Source of the DNA: Alphaproteobacteria bacterium
GTDB taxonomy: Bacteria > Pseudomonadota > Alphaproteobacteria > SP197
DNA length: 64,000 nucleotides
Direction of reading: 5' to 3'
Assembly: GCA_964291415.2 (NCBI GenBank)
Contig: OZ219919.1
Span: forward strand, 96,001-160,000
Shown: positions 46,215 to 56,092 of the stretch, piece by piece
How positions within the stretch are numbered: the stretch's first letter is position 1
How the letters are laid out: each line of letters opens with the position of its first letter
The notes under the pieces: generated by a model
Told to the model about the DNA's origin: nothing
What the model saw: the letters and a program-made list of their open reading frames with translations, nothing else
Database searches by the model: none
Position numbers and translations under genes: made by a program

Positions 46215-46510
46215 CGTTTCCTCCAGTGTTGGTCGATTTCCCTGTTGCGCCCTGCCCGGAATGCACTGTTCCTCGCCGTGGTTCGCGGCAAGCAACGAGG
46301 CAGGCCCGTCACTGACGGCCCCCGGGACACGATCGGACTGACGGGAGGAGCCGCACGTTCAGTCCGCCGCCGCCCGCAATTCTTCGACACACGTGACGGG
46401 GACCATGCGGGCCGTGTTTCCCTGACGGGTCCTGTGCCGCCCTGCGGATGTCCCGCCGGGCATCCGCCCGTGCTCCTCATCGGACTTTCCGAACACGGCC
46501 GGATTCGCGA

Positions 46511-47038
46511 TCAGCGGATGAAGTTGTGCACGAAATCGCCGCCCAGGCCCACCTTTTCGAAGTGATCCCGGCACATCTCGATCAGACCGATGTTGTCCTC
46601 GATCGAAAGGATGTTCTCGTCTTCGTCCATGTAGATCAGCGAACCGCCGACATAGAAGTACGTGATCATTTCCTTGCAGTCGGCATCAACGGTCAGCGTG
46701 TGCACCTCGCCCGGAGCCTCATAGATGTACGAGCCCTGCTTCGCTCTCCAGGTGTGCTCCTTGTAGTGCCACTCGCCCTTGATCACGAAGCCGTGCACCG
46801 CTGCGGTGTGGCGATGGCGGCCCAGGGTCGCGGGCCCGTGGATCTTGAGAAGCTCGCTGTGGGCGCCGGTCACCATGTCAAACATCAACGGGCGGAAGAA
46901 GATGTTGGGCTCAATCTCGACCCACATCCTCTCGTCGCTGGTGTCCCAGACCACCATCTCGGGTTTCTGCCCGAGATGGGCCAGGACCGGCTCGTCGAAA
47001 CCGATGAACGCTCCGGGATCCGTCACGATTGCATCCAT
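46511..47038 (-). CDS. Cupin, 2,4'-dihydroxyacetophenone dioxygenase family
   Basis: FRPL, RHRH...VHGFVIKGEWHYKEHTW...YIYEAPGEVHTL. Confidence 0.85.
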   Translation of the reverse strand: MDAIVTDPGAFIGFDEPVLAHLGQKPEMVVWDTSDERMWVEIEPNIFFRPLMFDMVTGAHSELLKIHGPATLGRHRHTAAVHGFVIKGEWHYKEHTWRAKQGSYIYEAPGEVHTLTVDADCKEMITYFYVGGSLIYMDEDENILSIEDNIGLIEMCRDHFEKVGLGGDFVHNFIR

Positions 47039-47650
47039 TCCTTGTGTCTCCTCGTGTGTGCCGTCAAGCATGCCGTCGACGATCGCTTGGGTCCAGTGAT
47101 CGACGCGCTCCGCCGCATTGGCGGGGCCATGAGCTAAGGGTAAACGGGCACACGTGACGGCAACTGTCTGCCGCCACCGTGACACCGGTGGCCTCCACGT
47201 GCGGCGAGTGGACGCAAGCCTCACAGGTTGGTCGTGGCGGTGCAGGAGCCCGTAACGTTGTCGGACCGGGTGCGACGTCAGGCCGGTCTCTCCGTCCCCG
47301 GGAACGGGAAAAAGCCGCCAGTTGCAGGTCTTCCAATTGACGCCCACGCGGCCATCGAGGTTTCAGTCCAGCGTCGTGGCGTCCCGCTCCGGTGTTCCGC
47401 CACCAGACGAGCCGGTTTGGCCTGCTCGTGTTCGGGTCCAGCGATGCGTTGGCCGGCGATTGCGTTGAGTTCCAAGCCGGGATCGAACAGGCTGTCGCGA
47501 TGTCGGTCTGTCCTGTGAGGGGCGGACACAATGGCAGGGCCTCGAGGGTGGAGAGGCGGAGATTTCAATCTGGCCGATTCGGGTTAGCATCTTCGAAACC
47601 GGCATGGCCCCGCCCATGGCAGCCATGCGGGGCGTGAGGAAGGAGACACC

Positions 47651-48718
47651 ATGCTTGGCCACGAAACGAGAGCGGTTCGCATCGATGTCCTGCGGACCTA
47701 CATGCAACGTCTCCTGGAAGCGGTGGGGTTCGACCGGGAGGCTGCGGCCGTCGTGGCGGACGTGCATCTTGAATCCGATTTGAGAGGCGTGGGCGTGCAG
47801 GGCTTCAATCACCTGATCAACAGCCACCTGCAGTACTACCGGAAGGGCGAGGCCGATCCGGCCGCAAGACCTGTTATCGTCAGGGGAAAGGCCTGCTTTG
47901 CGCTCATAGACGGAAACTCGGGCCCGGGTCCGCTGGCCGGACTTCTGGCGGCCGAGGTCGCGGCCGCCAAGGCGAAACTCGCCGGGTGCGCGGTCGTCGG
48001 GGTCAGAAACAGCCATGACCTGTTTCACGCGGGCTTGTACGCGGAGCGCATGGCAAACCGGGATGTGGTCGGCATGGTGTTCAGCGACGACGTCGTACCC
48101 GTGGTCCACCCGGTCGGCGGCGTCGAACCCGTCATCGGCAGCAACCCTATGGCGTTCTCGGTTCCGACCGGAAGCACGCCGTTTCTGGCCGATTTCACAC
48201 CCTGCGCAACGCTCCCCACCTACGTGCGCTATTCCCGGCGCTACCGGGGCAGACTCCCCGACGGAGTGGCTCACGACGGGTCCGGGCGTTCCACGAGCGA
48301 CCCCGACCTGGTGTGCGACGGCCTCAACTACACCCGCGATATCGGCGCTATCGACCCGGGCGGACACAAGGGCTACGGTCTGTTGCTGCTGATCGATTTC
48401 CTTTCGGGCGCCCTGGTTGGTTGTGACATGGGCGTGGACCACGTGGAAAAGGAGAGGGCCCTCAAGGGTCACCTGTTCATCGCGATCGACCCGGAGATGT
48501 TTGGCAGCATCGAGGGCTTCAAACGCTCCGTGGGGCAGCGCCTCGGAGCGGTCAAGTCCTCCAGGAAGGCTCCCGGAGTGACGGAAATCAGGTATCCCGG
48601 TGAGGGCAGCGCCGCGCGCCGGAGGCGTGCGCTCGAAGAGGGCGAGGTGCGGATCGACCGCCACTGCTGGGAGGACGGTCTGGCAATTGGCAGGGAACTC
48701 GGCGTCGCGCCGCCGTAG
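47651..48718 (+). CDS. Ldh_2 family (malate/L-lactate/ureidoglycolate-type) oxidoreductase
   Basis: SDLRGV, IDGNSGPG, RNSH, GSNP, GHKGYGL, FIAIDP, RYPGE. Confidence 0.85.
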   Translation: MLGHETRAVRIDVLRTYMQRLLEAVGFDREAAAVVADVHLESDLRGVGVQGFNHLINSHLQYYRKGEADPAARPVIVRGKACFALIDGNSGPGPLAGLLAAEVAAAKAKLAGCAVVGVRNSHDLFHAGLYAERMANRDVVGMVFSDDVVPVVHPVGGVEPVIGSNPMAFSVPTGSTPFLADFTPCATLPTYVRYSRRYRGRLPDGVAHDGSGRSTSDPDLVCDGLNYTRDIGAIDPGGHKGYGLLLLIDFLSGALVGCDMGVDHVEKERALKGHLFIAIDPEMFGSIEGFKRSVGQRLGAVKSSRKAPGVTEIRYPGEGSAARRRRALEEGEVRIDRHCWEDGLAIGRELGVAPP

Positions 48719-48765
48719 GCTCGTCTGTCGGTCCGTCGTGCCGCCAGAAATGAGAGGAGAGACAC

Positions 48766-50199
48766 GTGAGCAGATTCGATACCATCGTTCGGGGAGGTAT
48801 GGTGGCGACGTCAGCCGCCGTCGTCAGGTGCGACATCGGCATTCGCGAAGGCCGCATCGCGGCTCTGGCAGATTCACTGGAAGGCGCCGATCATGTGATC
48901 GATGCCGGGGGGCGAACGGTGACCCCCGGTGGCGTTGACAGTCACTGTCACATCGATCAGCCCAGCAGGAATGGATCGGTATGCGCCGACGACTTCCTGA
49001 CCGGCACACGCTCGGCGCTTGCCGGCGGCACGACCACGGTGATTCCCTTTGCCTTGCAGTTCAGGGGTCAGAGTCTCAGAGAGGCCGTGAACGAGTACCG
49101 CGGGCGCGCCGAGAACCGAGCGATGACCGACTACGCGATTCACATGATCGTCGTTGATCCCAACGAGCACGTCCTGGGCCAGGAAATGCCGGGATTGATC
49201 CGGGACGGCTACACCTCCTTCAAGATCTACATGACGTACGACGGCCTCATGCTGAATGACCGCGAGATCCTGGACGTGCTGGCGCTGGCTCGCCGTGAAC
49301 GGGCCTTCGTGATGGTGCATGCCGAAAATGGCGATTGCATCAGCTGGCTGACCGATCGGCTGGAGCAGTCGGGAAAGATTGCGCCGAAGTACCATGCCCA
49401 TTCGCGTCCGCGGCCCGTCGAGCGCGAAGGCACGCACCGGGCCATCACCCTGGCCGAACTCCTGGATGTGCCGATACTGCTGGTGCACGTTTCCGCTCGT
49501 GACGTGGTGGACGAAATCCACAGGGCCCGGGCCCGGGGTCTCAAGCTGTTTGCGGAAACCTGTCCGCAGTACCTGTTCCTTACCGAGGATGACCTCGACA
49601 AGCCCGGCTTCGAGGGCGCCAAGTGCGTCTGCAGCCCGCCTCCCCGGGACAAGGCCAACCAGCAGGTGATCTGGGATGGACTTCGCAACGGAACCTTCGA
49701 CGTGTTGTCTTCCGATCATGCCCCGACCCGTTTCGAGGGTCCCGGCGGAAAGAAGATGCACGGTGAAGACGCTTCGTTTCGCTGGATCCCGAACGGTGTG
49801 CCGGGCCTTGAGACCCGCATGCCGCTTCTCTTCTCGGAAGGAGTCGGCAAGAACGTCATCAACCTCGAGCGATTCGTGGAACTGACAGCCACGACACCCG
49901 CCAAGCTCTACGGGCTGTATCCCCAAAAGGGCACGATAGCAGTCGGTTGCGACGCCGACATCGTCATCTGGGATGATTCGCGAGAGGTGACCATCAGCAA
50001 CGACCTGCTTCACCACAACGTCGACTACACGCCGTACGAGGGAATGAACATCACGGGATGGCCGGCGATCACGCTGTCGCGCGGTGAAGTGGTCTGGGCG
50101 GACGGCGAGATACGGGCCGAGCCGGGACGGGGCGAGTTTCTGCCCTGCGGGTATCCGGAGTCCGCTGTGCCGCTTGGCCGTCCCGTCGCTCAGATCTGA
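48766..50199 (+). CDS. hydA: Dihydropyrimidinase/hydantoinase
   Basis: GGVDSHCH, AGGTTT, SFKIYM, VHAEN, ETCPQYL, CSPP, SSDH, YTPYEG. Confidence 0.9.
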   Translation: MSRFDTIVRGGMVATSAAVVRCDIGIREGRIAALADSLEGADHVIDAGGRTVTPGGVDSHCHIDQPSRNGSVCADDFLTGTRSALAGGTTTVIPFALQFRGQSLREAVNEYRGRAENRAMTDYAIHMIVVDPNEHVLGQEMPGLIRDGYTSFKIYMTYDGLMLNDREILDVLALARRERAFVMVHAENGDCISWLTDRLEQSGKIAPKYHAHSRPRPVEREGTHRAITLAELLDVPILLVHVSARDVVDEIHRARARGLKLFAETCPQYLFLTEDDLDKPGFEGAKCVCSPPPRDKANQQVIWDGLRNGTFDVLSSDHAPTRFEGPGGKKMHGEDASFRWIPNGVPGLETRMPLLFSEGVGKNVINLERFVELTATTPAKLYGLYPQKGTIAVGCDADIVIWDDSREVTISNDLLHHNVDYTPYEGMNITGWPAITLSRGEVVWADGEIRAEPGRGEFLPCGYPESAVPLGRPVAQI

Positions 50200-50299
50200 C
50201 GGGCCGGCCTTCGCTTCCATCCTGCGATGTCCTCTGACCCGGGGTCCACTGCAGGCGCTCGCCGCTGAGTCGTGGATGAGGTGTCTGGCTGGCAGCACA

Positions 50300-50370
50300 G
50301 GGCATGATCAGCCTGGCTCGCGGACGCCGCAGAACCGCCTCGACCAGCTCCTGCCCTGGAACTCGTGGCC
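50300..50370 (+). mobile_element. IS66 transposase C-terminal relic
   Basis: PQNRLDQLLPWN matches the IS66 TnpC terminal motif (P..R...LLPWN); nothing else of the element recognisable. Confidence 0.5.
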
Positions 50371-50748
50371 GCACCGGATTGCGGCAAGAGATGATCCTGA
50401 GCGGACCTGATGAAGGCCGCGACCTGTCCCCCCTTCAACGCCTGGCAGACACCTTGACAGCCCTGGGATGTCGCTCCATCTTTCGGGGCACCCACTGGCG
50501 ATAGGGTTATATCAGGGCCGCAGTTCCGTCTTCACGGAGGAACGCATGGCTCAGGTCGCTTTTTCCCTTCCCGACTCTGCACCCGGCAACGATCGGGCGA
50601 ATGTCCCCTTTCGACGGTGCGGGTGTTTGCTCCGATGTTCCTCGAGGATGCCACGCCGGGCGCGCAGGCGCCTTGCGACGGCTTTCAATTCGCGCGCCTC
50701 ATGGGGGCGAATCGCGGGGAACCCTGCCCTTGACGAGGGAGGCGAGCG

Positions 50749-51636
50749 ATGAGCGAGAAGGCGGACCGACTGAGGACGACACCGTTGCATCCCGAGTTTG
50801 GCGTCGAGGTGCACGATGTCGATTTGCGCGACGTCACGGCGGATCGCATGTACCCGGCAATCCGTGCCCTGTTTGAGCGGCATTCGCTGTTGCTGTTCGC
50901 GGAACAGCACCTCAACGACCGCGAGCATCTCGCCTTCGGTCGGCTGTTCGGGCCCATCGAAGACCGCTCCAACACGCGCATGGATGGCGAGCCGCGCATA
51001 TCCTACGGCGTCAGCAACCAGACCGAGGATGGCGGCGTCTGCGATGAAGACGACCTGCGTCTGCTCGGCTTGAAAGCCAACATGCTGTGGCACACAGACA
51101 GCACCTTCCTGCCGACGCCGGCATTGGCCAACGTGCTGCAGGCGCGAGTCGTGCCTCAGGAGGGCGGTGCCACCGAGTTTGTTTCGACCAGGGCCGGGTT
51201 CGGGACACTCGAGCCAGCCATGCAGCGGCGGCTGCGCGGCATGACATGTCACCATCGCTACAGTCACTCACGGGCCCGAATCGATCCGGAGCTGGCCAAG
51301 CAGGACCTCTTCACCATGTGGCCGGATACCGAATGGCGCGCGGTGTGGCGCAATCCGGTGACCGGCGCCGAGGCGGTCTATGTCGCTTCGCATGCCTTTG
51401 CGGCGAGCGGCATGGACGCCGACGAGGGCCAGACGTTCATCGACGATCTGATCGAACGCATGACCGGGCCGGGCCACGTCTATGCCCATCACTGGCGTCC
51501 GGGAGACGTGCTGGTTTGGGACGAGCGCGCCACTCTGCACCGCGGCACACCCTGGCCCTACGATCAGGCACGAACGCTGGTGAGCTGTTGCATCTCGGCC
51601 GGCGATGCCGATGGCTTGTCCGCGATGCGTCCATGA
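50749..51636 (+). CDS. TauD/TfdA family Fe(II)/2OG dioxygenase
   Basis: LWHTDSTF, GGATEF, NPVTG, WRPGDVLVWD, LHRG. Confidence 0.92.
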   Translation: MSEKADRLRTTPLHPEFGVEVHDVDLRDVTADRMYPAIRALFERHSLLLFAEQHLNDREHLAFGRLFGPIEDRSNTRMDGEPRISYGVSNQTEDGGVCDEDDLRLLGLKANMLWHTDSTFLPTPALANVLQARVVPQEGGATEFVSTRAGFGTLEPAMQRRLRGMTCHHRYSHSRARIDPELAKQDLFTMWPDTEWRAVWRNPVTGAEAVYVASHAFAASGMDADEGQTFIDDLIERMTGPGHVYAHHWRPGDVLVWDERATLHRGTPWPYDQARTLVSCCISAGDADGLSAMRP

Positions 51637-52964
51637 AACAGCACACCCCCCGGCAGCTGTTGTCAGCGCAGGCAGGCGAGCCCTTGGCCCTGCGCAACCT
51701 GCGCCTCCCCCAGGGAACGGTGCCGACGGCCGGCCTGCCGCAGGTCGGCGACGGCCTGCTGGGTGCCGACATGGTGATTGCCGAAGGGCGCATCGACTGG
51801 CTTGGTCCGCCGGCCAGCCGCGACGACCTGCCGGACGGCCTCGATATGGCAAGAGCCATGGCCTGGCCGGGACCGGTCGACTGCCACACCCACCTGGACA
51901 AGGCGCTGGTGTGGCAGCGCTCGCCGAATGCGGACGGCACGTTCGACGGCGCCTCGGCCAGCGCCAGTCGGGATGCGGCCGCCTATCACAGCGCAGACGA
52001 TGTCCGGCAAAGGGCCGACTTCGCACTCAACACGGCCTTTGCCCACGGCACCACGGCGATCCGCAGCCACGTGGATTCCGGCCGTTCCTCGTTCGCACTG
52101 GCCTTTGCCACCCTCTGTGAACTGGCCGATGACTGGCGCGATCGGATTGCGCTCCAGGTCTGCCCCTTTGTGGGCATAGACGAGCACCCTGACTGGATCC
52201 GCGAAGTGGCGGAACGGGCGCGCCACGATCATGCCGGCATCCTGAGCGTCTTCGTGCCTGCGAATGTGGAACTCGACCGCGCGCTCGACGACGTCATGGC
52301 GATCGCCGGGCGTTACGGCCTGGAGCTCGACTTGCATGCCGATGAGGTTCTCGATCCGGAATCCAGGGGCCTCGACGCCATCGCCAGAGCGGTGTTGCGC
52401 AACGGGTTCGATCGACCGGTGCTGGTCGGGCATTGCTGCGCCCTGTCGGTGCAACCGCCACAGACGCTCGAGCGCACGCTTGAACGGGTGGCAAGGGCCG
52501 GCATCGGCGTCGTCTCGCTGCCGCTTTGCAATGCCTATCTCATGGATCGCCGGACCGGCGAAACGCCGCGCTATCGCGGCTGCGCTCCGGTGCACGAAAT
52601 GCGCAAGCACGGCATTCCGGTGGCCATCGCGTCGGACAACGTACGCGACGCGTTCTACGCCTACGGCGATCACGATGTCCCGGAACTCTTTCGTGACGCC
52701 GTACGCATGATGCAGCTCGATCATCCGCTCGGCGACTGGGCGATGGCCGTGACGACGACCGCGGCAGACCTCATGGGTCTGCCCGGTCGCGGCAGGCTGG
52801 AACCAGGCGCGCCGGCCGATCTCATCCTCTTCACGGCGCGCAACTGGGGCGAATTCATCTCCCGTCCGCTGTCGGATCGAATCGTCCTGCGCGGCGGATA
52901 CCCGATCGATGCGACCCCGCCCGACTATCGACACCTGGACGACATGAAAGGAATGCGGATATGA
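51633..52964 (+). CDS. Cytosine/pterin deaminase family amidohydrolase
   Basis: DCHTHLDK, HGTTAIRSHVD, DLHADE, GHCCAL, ASDNVRDAFYAYG; ATGA overlap with TauD gene. Confidence 0.88.
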   Translation: MKQHTPRQLLSAQAGEPLALRNLRLPQGTVPTAGLPQVGDGLLGADMVIAEGRIDWLGPPASRDDLPDGLDMARAMAWPGPVDCHTHLDKALVWQRSPNADGTFDGASASASRDAAAYHSADDVRQRADFALNTAFAHGTTAIRSHVDSGRSSFALAFATLCELADDWRDRIALQVCPFVGIDEHPDWIREVAERARHDHAGILSVFVPANVELDRALDDVMAIAGRYGLELDLHADEVLDPESRGLDAIARAVLRNGFDRPVLVGHCCALSVQPPQTLERTLERVARAGIGVVSLPLCNAYLMDRRTGETPRYRGCAPVHEMRKHGIPVAIASDNVRDAFYAYGDHDVPELFRDAVRMMQLDHPLGDWAMAVTTTAADLMGLPGRGRLEPGAPADLILFTARNWGEFISRPLSDRIVLRGGYPIDATPPDYRHLDDMKGMRI

Positions 52965-54370
52965 GCCGCATCGAGGCGCTTACGGAACGAATCGGCGACA
53001 TCCCGATCACCACGCGTGCGAACGTGGTCCGCGGGAAGAGCCGCGATTCGTTCTGGTATTCGCCGGTTCTCAAGGAGAAGCTCAAGGACGTCACGGCAGA
53101 GGCCGTCGTCTCGCCGCGCAGCGAGGAGGATCTGCTGCAGGTCCTGGCCGCATGCTGGGATCTGGACATTCCGGTCACCCCGCGCGGCGGCGGCACCGGA
53201 AACTACGCCCAGGCCGTGCCTCTTGCAGGCGGCGTCGTGCTGGACATGAAGCCGATGAACCGGATCAAGTCGATCGGCGACGGCGTTCTCGTTGTCGAAC
53301 CGGGAGCCGTGTTGAGCAGGATTGAGGCGCAAACGCGCGAACACAGCGGGCAGGAGCTGCGCATGCATCCCTCAACGCGTGAAACCGCGACCATCGGCGG
53401 CTTCATTGCCGGAGGGTCGGGCGGCGTCGGATCGATCCGCTGGGGCATGCTGCGCGAACCCGGCAACCTCTTGCGCCTGCGCCTGGCGACCCTCGAGGAA
53501 GAACCTCGCCTGATCGACCTGACCGGCGATGACATCGCGATCGTCCATCATTCCTACGGCGTGAACGGCATCATCACCGAGGTCGAACTACCCCTCGCGC
53601 CGGCCCAGAACTGGGTCGAACTGCTGGTCTCCTTCGACGACTGGATGACCGCGGTGCGGGCGGGATGGGCGGTTGCCCATCATGAAGGTCTGTGGCTGAA
53701 GCAACTCGCGGCGATTCAGGTGCCGGCTCCCTACCAGTACTTCACACGCCATCGCAAGTTTCTGCAGGAGGGCGACAGCCTGCTGTGCATCCTCGCCGCG
53801 CCCAACGCCACAGGGCCGCTGCTGGACCTGTTGCAGAACGATGGCGGACGCATCGCCTTTCGCTCTGACAGGGCAAGCGACGAGGACAGGAAGGGCCTGC
53901 CGCATCTCTATCACCTGACCTGGAACCACACGACTCTGCTGGCGCTGAAGAACAACCCCGCAATGACCTATCTGCAGGTCGGCACGCCAGAGGAGGATCC
54001 GCTGGGCGCGGTGGAGGACATCGCGCGGCGCTTTCCAGGCGAAATCATCGGTCACGTCGAATACGTACGGGCCGCGGGCCGTCTCTATGCGAGCCTGCTG
54101 CCGCTGTATCGTTACAGCAGCGAGGCACGCCTTGTGGAGGTCATCGGGAACCTCGAGGCCATGGGCTGCCCCTGCTACAACCCGCATGTCTACACCTACG
54201 AGGAAGGCAATCACTGCGATGCGGACCAGGCGCGGCTCGATATGAAGCGATGCACCGACCCGAAGGGGCTCCTGAATCCGGGCAAGATGATTGGCTGGGA
54301 ACACCCCGACTACTCCTATGATCCGACCGGCAACTACGAATACGCAGGCCTGCGCGGGGCTGCGCCATGA
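52961..54370 (+). CDS. FAD-binding oxidoreductase (vanillyl-alcohol oxidase/GlcD fold)
   Basis: PRGGGTGNY, HPST..ATIGGF, DPKGLLNPGK. Confidence 0.88.
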   Translation: MSRIEALTERIGDIPITTRANVVRGKSRDSFWYSPVLKEKLKDVTAEAVVSPRSEEDLLQVLAACWDLDIPVTPRGGGTGNYAQAVPLAGGVVLDMKPMNRIKSIGDGVLVVEPGAVLSRIEAQTREHSGQELRMHPSTRETATIGGFIAGGSGGVGSIRWGMLREPGNLLRLRLATLEEEPRLIDLTGDDIAIVHHSYGVNGIITEVELPLAPAQNWVELLVSFDDWMTAVRAGWAVAHHEGLWLKQLAAIQVPAPYQYFTRHRKFLQEGDSLLCILAAPNATGPLLDLLQNDGGRIAFRSDRASDEDRKGLPHLYHLTWNHTTLLALKNNPAMTYLQVGTPEEDPLGAVEDIARRFPGEIIGHVEYVRAAGRLYASLLPLYRYSSEARLVEVIGNLEAMGCPCYNPHVYTYEEGNHCDADQARLDMKRCTDPKGLLNPGKMIGWEHPDYSYDPTGNYEYAGLRGAAP

Positions 54371-54783
54371 GAAGCCTCAATCCCGCGGCAATCCAGCCGC
54401 CCTTTGCGGCCTACTCCCACGGCGTCGAGGTCAGGGTCCGGCATTGGGTGGTGACCTCTGGCCAGCTTGGCATAGGGCCGGACGGAACCATCCCCGAAAC
54501 GGCCGAAGCACAGGCTAGGCTCTGCTTCGAGAACATCGACGTGATACTCGCTGAAGCCGGCGTCGCCCGCGAGCACATCGTGCGGCTCAACGCCTACGTG
54601 ACCGACCGCGCCCACATGGCCGGCTACATGGCAGCCCGTGACGCCTATCTGGCAAGGAGACCGGACAAGCCGGCCTCCACGCTCATGATCGTCTCGGGAT
54701 TCAGCCGGCCGGAGTTTCTTGTCGAAGTCGAAGCCATCGCCGCCAAGGAGGACCAGGATGCCGAGCAGACGTTTCTGGCGTGA
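54367..54783 (+). CDS. RidA family protein
   Basis: YSHG, SGQ, PAST, LVEVEAIA. Confidence 0.88.
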   Translation: MRSLNPAAIQPPFAAYSHGVEVRVRHWVVTSGQLGIGPDGTIPETAEAQARLCFENIDVILAEAGVAREHIVRLNAYVTDRAHMAGYMAARDAYLARRPDKPASTLMIVSGFSRPEFLVEVEAIAAKEDQDAEQTFLA

Positions 54784-55552
54784 GATGCCAACCACCGAAT
54801 TCGACGGCGATATCTCCGAATGGATCGCCGTCCTGCCGCTTGCCGCCATCGAGCAGCACGGGCCGCATCTGCCGGTCGGCGTCGATGCCCTCATCGCCGA
54901 GGGCATGGTCGAACGCTGCGCCGCCGCCTTGCCGGCGGACAGTCCCGTCACCTTCCTGCCTCTGGAGGAGATCTGCAAGTCCAACGAACACCTTGGATTT
55001 CCCGGGACGCTGACTCTGGACTGGGACACGACGGTCCACAGCTGGCTCGAAATCGGCGAGTCCGTCGCGCGGGCCGGCGTCCGCAAGCTCGTTCTCGTCA
55101 CCAGCCATGGAGGCAACGTCGCCCCGATGGAGATCGTCGCGCGCGAACTGCGGGTCAGACACTCCATGCTCGTCGTCACCACGAGCTGGTCGCGTCTCGG
55201 CGCGTGGCAGGACATCTACGACTACGGCCCGGTCTTCACGGATATCCATGGCGGCAACAGCGAAACCTCGGTGATGCTGGCGCTGCGCCCCGATCTGGTT
55301 GACATGTCCAGGGCCGCAGACTTCGCCAGCACGCAATCGGACATGAAGGCGCGTCACCGACGGGTCGGCTATCACGGATCGGATGCGAACGTTGCCTGGA
55401 TGTCGCACGACCTGAATCCCGAAGGCGTGGTGGGCGACGCCACGGCCGCATGCGCCGACAAGGGCGAACGGGACGTCGCGTCCATGGTTGCCGGCTTCTG
55501 CGAACTGATGAAGGAAGTCGAGGCAACCGCGCCACCCAGTTCGAGGGCTTGA
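54758..55552 (+). CDS. Creatininase family amidohydrolase
   Basis: IEQHGPHLPVGVD, SNEH..FPGT, SHGGN, HGGNSETS. Confidence 0.9.
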   Translation: MPSRRFWREMPTTEFDGDISEWIAVLPLAAIEQHGPHLPVGVDALIAEGMVERCAAALPADSPVTFLPLEEICKSNEHLGFPGTLTLDWDTTVHSWLEIGESVARAGVRKLVLVTSHGGNVAPMEIVARELRVRHSMLVVTTSWSRLGAWQDIYDYGPVFTDIHGGNSETSVMLALRPDLVDMSRAADFASTQSDMKARHRRVGYHGSDANVAWMSHDLNPEGVVGDATAACADKGERDVASMVAGFCELMKEVEATAPPSSRA

Positions 55553-55567
55553 ATCGGGGGAATCGAC

Positions 55568-56059
55568 ATGGAAACGATGGTCGCTATCGCCCAAACCTGT
55601 CTGACAGCCTATCTGGGAGCCTGGCTGCTGCTCGGCGTCCGGGACAACATCGTCCATCCCTCGATGAACGGCACGGGCACGAGGGAGGTGCTGGAACTCA
55701 CGCGACTGAAGGAGGAGTATCCCGAGGACTACGCGCTGATCGAGGGCCGGCGCGTCACCAACCATGCCCTGCAGCGGGCGATCTTTGTCTTCATCGTCTG
55801 CTGCGAGGTGCTGGTCTGTCTCGTGTTGTGGGGCGCCACGCTGTGGATGGCGCTTGCCCTTGGCGGACTTGCGGATCTGGAGCAGGCCAGGGCCGCCGCG
55901 CTGGCCGGCACGCTCGGATTCACCTCGATCTGGTCAGGGTTCCTGATCGTGGGCAATCACTTTGCCTACTGGTACTGCCATCAGTGGTCCCAGAACACGC
56001 ACTTTCAGATGGTGCTGTGGGGCATCGGCACCATGGTGTTCCTTGCCATTCCTCAATAG
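55568..56059 (+). CDS. DUF2165-like small membrane protein
   Basis: DNI..PSMN...VL, three TM helices, GNHFAYW, C-terminal QNTHF. Confidence 0.65.
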   Translation: METMVAIAQTCLTAYLGAWLLLGVRDNIVHPSMNGTGTREVLELTRLKEEYPEDYALIEGRRVTNHALQRAIFVFIVCCEVLVCLVLWGATLWMALALGGLADLEQARAAALAGTLGFTSIWSGFLIVGNHFAYWYCHQWSQNTHFQMVLWGIGTMVFLAIPQ

Positions 56060-56092
56060 AGCGCCAATGCCGTCAGCTTTCCGACCCTGTGG

